The notes: generated by a model from the sequence alone, not told the origin. Counted from the first letter of the stretch, positions 1-23,981 are shown. The stretch is DNA of 64,000 nucleotides from the human T2T-CHM13v2.0 reference genome, Homo sapiens (GCF_009914755.1 NC_060941.1), one strand, 5' to 3'. Program-made: numbers and translations.

Positions 1-1327
1 CAGTCTGGGATATGCAGCCGAGTTTAGACTGTATTTGACGATGGGAACAGTGTGTTTTCCTCGGCAGTGGTCTGAGTTATTTAAATGCAGTTACATTGCT
101 TGCAATATGTTTAATCTCTTGGGCTTCCCCCCCGCCCACTGCTATTTATCATGTTAATAGAATGCTACAGAATATCACATTATGCAATGTGTTTAAATTG
201 ATAAATTATATTAGAAAAATATTGCATAGGCGTGTTAATGGTAAGTGGGTTTTTGTAGAAACAGTTTCTCATTAGTAGATCAGCTGCTCACAGGGTAGAA
301 ATTGTAAGGATTTGGGAATATGCTATATTTATGACCTATTTGGCTAATTAAAATTAAGGCATAATTTTAGCATGAAGTTACTGCAAGACTTTGCAGAGAG
401 GGTGGGGAAAGAAACTTGCCCAAATCCAGTTACTTTTAAATGTCAGTTGCCATAACAACTTCACATGAGCCATATTTTTACTTGAAAATTCCTTTTAGGA
501 TTCGGTTGCTATAATAATTTGCCTCAGCTCTTTTTAGGAGACATATTTTCCAATTTTCCTTCTGTGATCATTTCAAGACTTTCATTACTGTAACGAAAAA
601 TGACCATGGAAACCTCAACTCTTCCTTTCTCCGTGTGCAGGAGCAGAGTGGTCCCCCAAAATAGAAATATAGGTTTCCAGGAGGTATTCTGTAGGAAGGT
701 GCCCCCAGGCCATGGGGGAAGGGGCCAAGCTCTGGGGATCCATTGTTGCAGGAGCCAGTTCCCTTCTGGGTGGGAATTATGAAGCCCACAGAATTTTTTG
801 AGGTGTGGCTGTTAAGCTTTTCTATGTCCTGGGAGTTTTGCATGAGGCAAAGGCCAGCCTGACCATCTCAAGGAAGAATGAGTCTACTCATGTATTATGA
901 AGGCCCATTGGGGGCCGTCAGCTTGTCATTCAGTGGAACTGCTGGTATTTGATGAGCAAGTGAGGCAATCCCCAAAGTATTTACTTAGAAGCAAAGTAGT
1001 AGCAGAGTAAAGTTCAGTGCCCTTTCTTTCGGTGTTTAGCTGCTAACCTTCATTCATTAGCCAATATGACCTCCAAGAAGCACCTGCAGCTATGCTGTGT
1101 TCTGGCCACAGACACACCAGAGAGGACTAGTTTCTGCCAGCTTTCAGATCTCTCTGGGCCAACACCGTCATTGCTGAGGGCAGGCTCGGGGTCCCAAGGA
1201 AAAGGTCCCGCAAGCGGGAAGAACATTCCATTTCAAAAGGCTTCTGGTTCCTCCTTCTGGGGGGAGCATGGCTGCTCTTGCTGACTAGTGTCCCTGACAG
1301 AAGCTGTAATCGGGTCTCTGGCTTTAG

Positions 1328-2095
<768 letters not shown>

Positions 2096-2759
2096 GGAAA
2101 GGGGACAGTGGGCCTCCTGCAAGGAGCAGAGCAGAGGAAAGAGGACACCTGCTTACCTCCTGCCCTCCTCCAGGGACTCCTGCACCTCCTGATGTCCTCA
2201 CATGTGCAGCGAGGGGGACAGTTGTCTCTCCCATCTCACAGGGCGGAAGTGAGGATCAAATGCAGTAATTTGTGAGAAAGAAAAAACATAAAACAGTCCA
2301 TAAATGTGCAAGGAATCATAATTATTATATTTTCTCCTCTGGGTGAACCAGAGTTTGGATGTATGAAGCTCACATACGAGGAAAATCAACCGGGTCCGAT
2401 CCATGAGCTGCTCTTTTCAAATCTCAGTGATGTGCCTCTGGAAGAGACTTTGGTGAAGGTTTGCATCTGTTTGGGGATGTCCATCATTTTGATTGTTCTG
2501 TACACGTCCGCTGAAATGTAATACTTGACATTTCTCGAGAACCCGTTGTATTTTTTTTTTAAACCTTGTAACTGAACTATATGTTCAGGGAAATGGAAAT
2601 AAAACATGATTGCTTAGTTTAGATATGAAAGTGGAGTTTCTGCTTTATCCTCACCCTCCTTTGAGGACACTCATTCTTTCCCCACTTTCCGGCCCCCAGG
2701 CGTAGAAAATAGGCTGTTCCTTTGCACATGAGGGAGGCAGCGTGGGGAGAAAGACAACG

Positions 2760-2920
2760 TGAGGACTGTGGTCAGGCAGATCTGGGTTCAAATCCCCCAT
2801 CTTCCATTTACCTGACCTCAGAATTTATTCCCTCGTGTGTAAAGCAAGGATGATATTAACGCGTGCCTTCCAGGCCAGTTGTAAGAATTAGAAATATCAT
2901 ACATAAAACACCTAGCGTAT
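2760..2920 (+). mobile_element. MIR relic
   Basis: ggtcaggcagatctgggttcaaatccc...tgtaaagcaaggatgat resembles the MIR core. Confidence 0.6.
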
Positions 2921-3629
2921 CGTGGGCTAACCTTTTTTTTTTTCTTTTATGCAGCTAATTCTGGGAGACGTGGGCTATGTTTTTTAAAATGCAGTGATGG
3001 TTGCTATCCACGCTCAAGGAAAAATGGAAATTCCTTTGGTCAGTCTGGCCCAGCTGCTGGCGCCCTGGGACCTCTGGGGGGATGTTTTCATGCCTTCAGG
3101 TGATTAGCATGAGGCAGCGTCTGGAGTCTGGTGGTGACCGTCATTTCTTAGAGCTCCTGAAGGCAACTTTGGGACAGTGGGTGAACAGCATTGCAAGCAG
3201 GTTGGTTTTGACTCAACCAAAAAAAGTGCTTTCTAATGATCAGAAGCAACCTGCGACATAATAGGTTGCTTCAGAGGAGAATGAGCTGGTAAAAAAAGGC
3301 TGGTAAACGTCTGCAAAGCCCCCTGTAGGAGCAGAGCCCTGTGCTTGGCCCTGGCGACTGCGAGCTTCCGGTGAGGACACGTGAGGAGGAGCATCCCTGG
3401 TTCCCGTGCTTGGCTCAGACTTCCCTTTTGGCTCCGTTCCTCCCTGAGGGTGCCTTGTGGGCAAGATGCTCTGCTGTGGTCTCCCACTTTAGAAACCGCC
3501 TCAACGAGAAGGGACTCAGGGCTGAGTGACCCTCTGAGACAGGGACATGGTTTAGGCAGGTGTGGCCTGTCTTTGGGAAAGGTCCAATGCCCCTGTGGCT
3601 TTGTTATGGATCCAAAATTACAGTTACTC

Positions 3630-4746
<1,117 letters not shown>

Positions 4747-5027
4747 AGCCTATTGTGTCTGTCATCTTGAATTACCCTGTGTCCTTTCGGCTGGGTCAGT
4801 GGAGAAGCCGTGGGTTCACTCAGGTTTCCATTGTATTCATTCGTAACTGGGATCCCTCACTCCGGGGCTGTCGGGTTCGAATCCTCACGGCCCAGCTCGC
4901 CTTCCTTCACCCCCCAGTGCCTTCTTCTGCGTCAGGTATGGCTGCACCCTTAGTGACTGGGGTTCTTATCACTTATCGGCATCTGATCCAGCTCCGAGGA
5001 GCACGGGGCCCTGGGCACAGGCTCCCA

Positions 5028-5028
<1 letters not shown>

Positions 5029-5067
<39 letters not shown>

Positions 5068-5072
5068 ACACA
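5029..5072. repeat. (CA)n microsatellite
   Basis: (CA)17 GA (CA)4. Confidence 0.97.
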
Positions 5073-5136
5073 AAAGGCACATCAGCAACTGGAAGAACAA
5101 CCTTTTCAAAAATCACCTTTTGAAAATAGTGGCACC

Positions 5137-5653
<517 letters not shown>

Positions 5654-6216
5654 TCAGCATGTATTGTTCCCTCAGCAAACTTTCTAGTTAACGAGTTTGG
5701 GGGTTTTGATCTGGAGAGCACTGGGGAGAGAAGCTGGAAGGCCCAGCAGTGACATCCCTTTGGAGCCGGCATTGTCTTCCAGGAGCTGAAGATCAGCCTG
5801 CAGGGGGTCTAGAGGCGGGCCGTGCAGGTGGCATGCTGGGCAGTTCCATCCCATCCACTGCTGCCTCCGTCCCCAGCCCCCTGCTTTCTCCTAGGAGAAC
5901 AGCAGAACCCCTGGGTGTGGTTCTTTGAGCTTCGATGGGCCTGCCCTGCTTTTTAGACAGAAGCGTCTCTTCTCAGTGCAACCCAGGATTAGTATGGAAA
6001 TAGAGACATTTTTTAGGAGGCCTCTGCTGATAGCCCCTTTACCGTCGGTGTGGGGGAGTCAGCCCCTGGCCTTTGCTCTGAGGAGCGAGGGTCCATCTAT
6101 CCTGTTGCCTGGCAGGTGGTACCTAAGATGCTCTTGTATGGGACCCTGTCGCTCCAGAACATCCATCGAGATTCTCCCAGCCAGGCTCGATGTCCAAGGA
6201 GCAGCAGCCTTTCTAA

Positions 6217-6536
<320 letters not shown>

Positions 6537-8500
6537 TAGCAGAACCTTTTAAACCTTTTCATCTCATTCTTTCTTTCTTCTTCTTTTTTTCTTGCAGTAT
6601 TATTTACTGTGTGAGAGCACCAAGGATGGAACGCTGCTGAAAATGAGGGGGCTGTCAAAAACCAGAAAGAAGGGAAGTCAAATGCTGCCCCCAGCAGCAA
6701 TCACTGGCAGGTGTGCCGCGATCCCCCCACTTCTCAGTGGGGTGGTCCTACCTGTGCCAGCCTAATTGCTACCAGTCTGCGGCCCTGCGTGGTAATGAGG
6801 GACCCGGGCGCTAGGGCACTCTTTAAATGATGCAACATTTAAATGACTTCCATTTACCTTTCATGCACCTCTGCTTCGCTTCTTAATTATTGGCAGCATT
6901 TGACTTCCTCTTTTGCTATGGAATCCATTTCCTCAGCCTCCTGGGGAGAGGCTGTGGCCTCCTGTGTACCGTGGGGCGGCACGTTTTGCCACTGTTGTGG
7001 CAACAGATTGTGATTTGGGGAAGAAGGCTGTGACCCTCAGGACAAGAGAGAGATGCTGGGAGAGGGGACGTCTCTTCCGTGGAAAAGCAGCATCTGTAAT
7101 GGAGTCCTTAGCAATGGCAGAGGGAGGGGTGATGTGGGGAAATGCACAAAGCTGAGCGTGAAGTGTAAATATGATGATTGTTGTCTCTTTCTTGGGAGGT
7201 AAATAAATCAGCTCGATGTAGATTTGAGAGGTGGCTGGTGATGCTGTGTACTCAGCGCCCCGAACTCGGCCTCTTCAGAGTGCTTCAGATGTTGATTCAT
7301 TACACCTTCCACCAGCTCAGGGAGGATGGAGGTGGGGAGAATTATTATCCCGGCTCTAAACCCGGGGACTGGGCGAGGTTAAGAGGCAGTAAGTTGGGAG
7401 GAAAAGGTGGCGGCTCCGGCAACCCAGCCAATGCTTCCGCCGCTAGAAACGTCTGCTCCACTTAGAAACAAGTCATTGTCAGGTAACCTATTTTTCGGGG
7501 TGTAATTCCAGCATATGAGGGCTTTGTCTCCTCTGTATATTTCTTTGCTTGAAAAATGTATGAGCTTATGGAGCTGAAGAGAGTGACCTTAATCCTTTAC
7601 CAAGCTTGTTTGGGGGCTGAAGCATCCAAGAGGGAAAGAGGAGAAGCTGACACACTCCAGGTCCCAGCCCCACTGGAACGGAGTCCCTTTGGTACATGGA
7701 TTAAAAAAAAAAAAAAACCTGGGCTGGGGGGCTGTGTTATACAGGTGGAATCACAAGGCTTATAGCCTTGAGTTTCAGGAGAGTGTGGATCTGAAATGGT
7801 TTGATCATGAAGTAACTGTCGGCCAAGTGTCCGGAGGAAGGGTTCAGCCTGAGGCTGCGGCCGCGGGTCTGTGCAGCAGCCGGTGCAGGGACCGTGGAGT
7901 AGCAGCTGGGCTCTGCGAATGGGTGGAAAGGGCAGAGTCACCGCAGGGCCAGAGTTCAACCCCAACTATAGCATGAGAAAGCCAGGCAGTGAGGGAGGGG
8001 CGGGCAGTACGTCCTCCGCAGTGTGCTGCCGTGCATTTGGGGCAGTCTTGGGCTCATCTCGCCCCAAACCCTGCCGCTCTCCTGGGGCACCTGCGAACGG
8101 GAGGTGTGAGCAGGCAAGTTGCCGGCGGAGCTCTGTCATGTGGGTTACCAAGGAGCAAGAGAATAGAGGAAGCTGCCTTCAGAATCCCCAAAGACCAATT
8201 TCTTCCAGCCCCAGCGAGTGTAGGGAGCCTCCACCGAGTCCCAGCCGTCAGGGTGGCTGCGGCTCGGCATCTTCCAATGGTGTGACAGATGGAGGTGCAC
8301 CTGGCACCTCCAGGCACCTGGGGAGAGCGCAGGGAGGTGCCCTACGGCGCATGGCTCCTTCTCTGAGGGAAGGCACCTCTGGGCATGCCTGCCTGGCCAG
8401 CACCTTCTGCCCCTTGTGCATCGAAAGGGGGAAGAAGCCTCTTCCCTGTTTACTCAGCCCAAAGCCACGGGGCCAGGCTGCTCCCAGACCCACTGGGCAG

Positions 8501-9066
8501 GCCCTGTAGGGACAGTGGCAGTAGGCGGTTAGCCCTGTAGGGACAGTGGCAGTAGGAGGTTAGCCCTGTAGGGACAGTGGCAGTAGGCAGGCCCTGTAGG
8601 GACAGTGGCAGTAGGCGGGCCCTGTAGGGACAGTGGCAGTAGGCGGGCCCTGTAGGGACAGTGGCAGTAGGCAGTCAGCCCTGTAGGGACAGTGGCAGTA
8701 GGAGGTTAGCCCTGTAGGGACAGTGGCAGTAGGCAGGCCCTGTAGGGACAGTGGCAGTAGGCGGGCCCTGTAGAGACAGTGGCAGTAGGCAGTCAGCCCT
8801 GTAGGGACAGTGGCAGTAGGCAGTTAGCCCTGTAGGGACAGTGGCAGTAGGCAGGCCCTGTAGGGACAGTGGCAGTAGGCGGGCCCTGTAGGGACAGTGG
8901 CAGTAGGCAGGCCCTGTAGGGACAGTGGCAGTAGGCGGTTAGCCCTGTAGGGACAGTGGCAGTAGGAGGTTAGCCCTGTAGGGACAGTGGCAGTAGGCAG
9001 GCCCTGTAGGGACAGTGGCAGTAGGCGGGCCCTGTAGGGACAGTGGCAGTAGGAGGTTAGCCCTGT
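8501..9066. repeat. Minisatellite, 19 full units of 28 or 31 bp
   Basis: Core GCCCTGTAGGGACAGTGGCAGTAGG plus CAG/CGG (28 bp) or CGGTTA/AGGTTA/CAGTCA/CAGTTA (31 bp); units parsed by hand. Confidence 0.97.
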
Positions 9067-9575
9067 TGCAGAGAACCTGCCACCACCATCCCTATCTGGC
9101 GCTCTCCCTGCCCTTGGTTCTTTCCCTTCTTCTCTCTCTACCCCCTTCTCTTTTTTTTTCTCACTCAGCTTCTCTGCTGAATTCTGCATTGACATCAGCA
9201 CTTCCAAAAACAACAACAAAGGAAAGTAGGTCACCGGCGTACCGGATCGGAGCTGGGCCCCGGTGCCAGCTGAGTCCGGGGCTGCGGCCCATCTCATGGA
9301 GAGCCGGGGGCGCCCCAAACTCTGCGCCACAGCCTCACACATGCAGCTTGGTTCCTGCCCTGTGTTCTTAGCGGGAAGGGGTAGGTATGCGTGCATGGCC
9401 TGTATGTTGGCATGCTGGCTCACGGACGGGGCAGCGTTGGGGTTTCTGCACCAAGGGGAACACCACGTACACTCCATACGTTCCTTCTGGTCCAGGTATG
9501 ATAGAACTGGGGGTCAAGAAACCCAGGGTGCACACGCCTGCTCTTGGGACTGGGATCCAGCCTGCAAATGCACGT

Positions 9576-9616
9576 TGATTGACATACGTGATTGACATAC
9601 GTGATTGACATACGTG
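9576..9616. repeat. Perfect 13-bp tandem triplication (TGATTGACATACG)x3
   Basis: Copies start at 9576, 9589 and 9602. Confidence 0.97.
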
Positions 9617-10540
9617 TGTGCACCGGCCTGACAGCACTGCCTTCTCGGCCCTGTCCCTCCAGAGCTTCTTCACATGTAACATTTCCTCGGCTCTCTATGG
9701 TCACGGAGCTCCCAGTTCTACTTGAAAGATTACCCAACACGCTAATTGGGACTCCTGCTATGATTAAAAAGAAATTCCGGATTACAGCCACCATGCCACA
9801 GAGCTCAGGAAGAAAACAGCTCTTTATAAACCCAGCAGGAGCAGACTTTCGTTTATTTATTTTTTTTCTACCTTTGAAAGAAATTGCATCTTGAGGTTGT
9901 TTGGCCCACAATGAGTGACTCAAGTACACATAGTCACCAGGTAAGGCCCAAATTGTAAAGAGAGGGGCACTCGGGAAGAGATAAAATTACAGCCTCTTCC
10001 CCCGCCCCCGGCTTTTTAATACCTAACCGAGTTATTTCTGTAAGCCTAGATCCTGCCTCGGCCGGCGCCTTTGGCCCCCTGACCTGGGAGATAGATGCTA
10101 CTGTTCCGTCTGGGTCAGCCTTCGCCCACGATAAAGCTTTTATGAGCAGCTGAGGGTGCTTCATTTCAATGAAGCTCCCTGAAGCAATTAGCTCTGGAGG
10201 TCCCCAGAGGTGGCTGCAGGGAGGGAGGATTTAAGCCGTGGTCAGTGAGAGGCAGGCACAGCTATGAGAGCAGCACTGCTGAATGATTTCACTTGCAGGG
10301 CTGAGCTCATCGCATTGATACTTTTAGAGCTCATTAGCTTGGGGAGGGGGGCTGGCACGCTGTACCGGGTCCCCTGGGCATCTGACCTCTCAAAGCAGCT
10401 CCTCTTGGACCAACAGGGAAGAAGTCCTCCTAATTCCTTTTCTACTTCCACCAAACACCCATCCCCTAGTTAAGGCTTTGAAACATTAACATGGAACCCA
10501 AACCCTCTTAAAAGGCAGCCGTTTGACTTTATGAAAATGA

Positions 10541-10927
<387 letters not shown>

Positions 10928-10972
10928 TTAAGGGTAACTGGCTGGTTATTGCAGATAATTATCTGCAAATAA

Positions 10973-11701
<729 letters not shown>

Positions 11702-12169
11702 TTAATGTTTCGTTGCAAATCGGTAAAATCGCAATCACAGGCTCCCCTTGTCTCCAAACTAGCATTTGGAAGCCAGTGTTCCCAGGGAGCTTGGAGCCTG
11801 CCAGTTGCCACAGCTTTTAGGATGACAAGGAAGCAGATTGCCTGGGTTTAAAATTCCGTTGCTGGCGTCTTCTGGAACCAGCCGCTCCATCCTTTCCCCC
11901 ACCACCCCCGCCCCGTTTTCCTTGTGTGACAGAGTGGAGGAGTAGACGATTGGGTCGAAACCAAATTGGTCAAAAGGACAAACTGGTCAAGAGCGACTAT
12001 TTCCGCCGCAGCCTTGGCTGTTCCACAAGCCGGTTCTGCCAAGGACTCGTCATCCCCAGGCGGAGTGCCACCTACATGCCAGGTGGGAGGCGGCGTTGCG
12101 GAGGAGCCGCTGAGGGTGAAACGAAGGAGTCCGGGCCAGTTCTTAGCCTTTTTCAGGATCTGATGAAAA

Positions 12170-13392
<1,223 letters not shown>

Positions 13393-13571
13393 TCAGTTCA
13401 ATGATATAATGACATTTAAAATCCTAAAATTTCATTCATAAATATCCAAGAAAAAAAGAAAAGGACTATTCCTTCCTTGTCCCTGTTGGAAGCTTTATTT
13501 TTTTCCTTATCAAAGTTGTTTGAATATGTGGAAACTTTACCCAAATAGGTAAAATTAATATCACTAACTGA

Positions 13572-13574
<3 letters not shown>

Positions 13575-13622
<48 letters not shown>
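13575..13622. repeat. (AT)24 microsatellite
   Basis: Uninterrupted AT run. Confidence 0.97.
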
Positions 13623-14018
<396 letters not shown>

Positions 14019-14049
14019 CAAAATATATTTTTTTTATGGTGAATTAACA

Positions 14050-14170
14050 GGGAGTTACGCAAAATATTACCATTGAGGGAAACTGGGTGAAAGGGCTCCA
14101 GGACCTCCCTGCTGCTTTCTTTTTTTCAGTTTCCTGTGAACCTGTAAGTATTTCCAAATAAAAAGAAAAA
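14050..14170 (+). mobile_element. Old L1 (L1M) 3'-end relic
   Basis: ttaccattgagggaaactgggtgaaagg...ttcctgtgaa...aataaaaag. Confidence 0.6.
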
Positions 14171-14480
14171 AACTAAGACACATTGTAAAATGTTGTAGTA
14201 TCACCTAGGATAAATTGATATATGAATTAGTGGTTGCCCGTTCAGTTTTTAAGCCAATTTGCTATTAGACCATTTAAAATTGGAAACAAAATATTAAAAT
14301 CCATGAAAATATTCCAAATAAGAAAAGTAGACATATTTGATTGAAATTAACATGAAAATTTTGAGACAATTTTTCAAATGAGCAAAAACAGTGAAAAGAA
14401 AATATAAATTCCAAGGACAGTCCCGGGATTCACAAAAGCTCTTGAGAAGAGGCCTAAAACTGTCACCAGACCCAGCTAAT

Positions 14481-17176
<2,696 letters not shown>

Positions 17177-17602
17177 CAGTTTGGGAGTTTTCTGCCACTG
17201 CCCCCTTTTCGTGGTGGGAAGGAAGACAGATGGGAGGGAGCTCTTGGCAGCTCCCTCAGTGACCGGGTGGGCAATCCCAGTCACCTAGTTTGGGATGAGG
17301 GGTCAGGACAGCAGAAAGATCTAGGAAAGTCAGGAAGACGGACCTTCTGACTTTCTCTCCAAGGCTTTTTGCACATCAGCTCTTCTGAGCTTGAAGTTCC
17401 TGGGAATGAAAAGGAAGATTCCCCCAGACTGGTCCCATCTTAGCCTTAAGGCGCGCAGGATGGGCTCTCCGCCACTTGGATTTCTTCCTCTTGGGCAAAA
17501 GGAAGAACAGGGCTGAGCTGAGGAAGAGCTCCGCTCTTGGACTCAGAAGCACAGGTCTGAATAACTAGAAGGACCATTTCTTTCTCTGTAAAGTGAGGAT
17601 TA

Positions 17603-20463
<2,861 letters not shown>

Positions 20464-22029
20464 CGAATCTATTGACTATGTGAATGTCCCACACTAGGCT
20501 GCATGAGACTGCACAAGGGAGAGAGGCAGGACGCCGTGCCAGAGAGGCATGTGCACGTGTGTGTGCAAAAGCCTCTCCCTAACGCGGCGCCCGTCTGCAT
20601 ATTTTCCTCCTTCTGCCTGTTTGGCTATACGGCTGCCCCGCAGAGCTGTGCCCTCTCTCTCCAAGTGAGACTGTACATGTGCATCCTTTGGGGTCTTGCT
20701 TAGAGACCACCTTCCCCTGCCCATCCAGTCCATGCTATTGTTTCCTCTGTGGGTTTGTCCCCCCGGCCTCTCATCACTGAGCAAGTCTTACGTGGCAATT
20801 ATCCCTCCAATCTCTCTGGCTGGAGTGGCGCGTGGCCACCTGGATGCTGCCACTCAGAGGGCATTCTTGTCTTGCCAGGGACTGTCCCCAAAGCAGTACC
20901 GGGGGTGGGGAGAGGAGACACGAAGCCTGGTGCCTCCTCCCAACCTCCTACCTGTGTAGGCCTCCAGCACTTGTGTTTCCTTCTTCCTTAGAGTCGGTCT
21001 CCTGGGAAATGGTGCTTACAGAGATGGAAGAGTTTAATACATCTCTTGCTTCCTCTCTCTTTTCCGAGGCCCTCAGAGGGAGCTGCAGAAGCAGTGGCTG
21101 GCGGGGGCTCTGAGGCGCCTGGGTGAGGGAGGAGGGGGGTGGCGTGGAGCCTCAGCCAATTTGGAAAGCACTGTGACCCAAGCACATCTTGCAGCAGCAA
21201 TGTCAAATTCTGCCGTTCAGGCATGCCATTAGTGTGCACGCTGCCACACAGGAATCGGTGACACAAAGGCACATCCTTCCCCACCCTCCTGGAGCTTAGA
21301 AACTAACGGCTCTAATGAGAAATGAGGGCAGAGAGGAGAGAGATGGGGGCGGGCCCCCTCCTTGTGGGCTGGCGCTGGTGTCAGAGGAGGCTGACCCACT
21401 TCTTGTGGTGGTGAGGGGCCTTGGCGGCCAGCCCACTGAAATGCCACTTAAACCAGCCGCTGCTCCCTGCACGAGGGTCTCCTTTGTCCAAACCCCTCAC
21501 TCGGCGCTCTTGGAGAGAGCCCTGTCCCCCTGGTAGTACAGCTACTCTCTCTGCCTCGCTTCCTTTTCTCCCCCAGGGTCCCTTCACCTCATGGGCTCTT
21601 CAGGGCCCAGACTCCCCTGCCTTCAGCAGCCCTCTCTGGAGAGACCGGCAGGACCGCGCGAGGGAGGGTGCTCAGGTGGCCATGCGACGCGCCGAGCCTC
21701 TCTTCTTTTCCCGGCTTTTTGATTGTGCCGTGAGTTATTTAGCCAACAATAGATGTTTATGTATTTTTTTAGAGCTCATATTTATTAACAGCCTGGGAAG
21801 GAGGAGACCGGGAGATTTATACGGAAAGCACGGTGAGTTAAAAGGGACAATTAGAGGAGCAGAAAGATACCGAGCATAGAATTCTAAAGGATATTTTAAC
21901 GCACAATCAAAGGTTCTTGAGATATTTTCCAAGTAGACAGAAGGTAAAAGAAAATTGGCCCATTACGAGCTGATAGTGGGGGATTGGTGATGGGGATGGA
22001 GTCGCGGCTGATGGCTGAACTCCTGCTTA

Positions 22030-22779
<750 letters not shown>

Positions 22780-23981
22780 GCCCGGAGGAGCTGGGTCCCT
22801 GGCAGAGAGGTGGGTCGGCTCATGGGCTGGTGGGGCCTGCCTGGGAAGCGGGCGTGCATGTCCAGGGGAATTTGCTGAGGGCTCGGTGGCTCCAGGGAGC
22901 CTCCGCAGCAAACTCCTTCCCTCTGACCCCAGTCCCTGCAGCTTGCCCTCCACGAGGCCTCCCGGGCTCTCCCGCTCCCCCCAACCTGCTCACAGGCCTT
23001 CCTGGAGCCCATTCACCGTGGCGGCAGAGCGCTGGTGATTAGCTGGGTGATGAGTAAACATTTGCTAAATGGGATTCTTGGCTTTTGCAAAGAACAGCCC
23101 CGGCAGGAGAGGAGGGGTGCGGTTGGTGGGAGGGGCTCTGGGGCTGGCTGATGGTCACAGCCCGCACAGGCAGAAGCGCCGGGGTGATCTGAGCTGCTCC
23201 GAAGTCAGGAGGGGCTGAGGGCGGCCGCGGCTGGGAAGCAGGGAGCGCAGGCCGTGGAATGCTTCCCAAGCTTGGAAGCAGCAGGTGTCTGGGAATGGGC
23301 CTGTGGCCCAGGCAGACTTCCAGCGAGCGCTCCAGCTTGCTGGCACCAGGGGAGGATCTGGCTGAGCCCAGGAGGCAAGTTTCCACCATGAAACCCACTG
23401 TTGAAGAACCGCGGCAAGGTTGCCACGGTCAGAAACCACGTGCCTATGGACAGGCTGGGGGGGGTGGGCGGGAGGACGACCAGGTCGGGGGGACCGCACA
23501 GCCCCTCCACTTCCACGGCAGAGTGGAGTCCCTGAGCAGAGTCCCCTGGGCCGCTCCCATACAGGGCGCGTCTCCCATGCCCTCAGCTGGGAGTGGTTTG
23601 TGGATACCCCAGACACAGTGCTGTTACCACCTCTAGCCCTACTCCCCACACTCTTCTCTGGGTGGCTCCTCATCCTCCAAGACTCATTGGAGTGTCACCT
23701 CTGCCTGGAAGCCCTCTCTGACTGCCCCCACCCAGCTGAGCTCCTCATTTTGGGGGCCGAGGGGTGCTACCACAAGCGCCAACTCCATACCAGTTGCGAA
23801 TACTTGTTTCTACATCTAGGCTCTGAGCTCCTTTTGCCCCGAGCCACGTCTTCTCACGTTTATGTCCCCAGAGCCTGGCCAGTGGCTGGACACGGAGGTC
23901 CCTGATCAGCCCTTGTTGAATGAACTATGCAGAGCCAGCCAAGCTCTGGGGTCAGGGGAGGAGCTTGTGTGAAAGGCCTTA

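Noticed and set aside
8501-9066. CRISPR-like appearance of ~28-31-bp repeats, and the 217-aa ORF 8824-9477
   Set aside because: Units are contiguous with no unique spacers, there are no cas genes, and the context is eukaryotic; the ORF merely translates the repeat.
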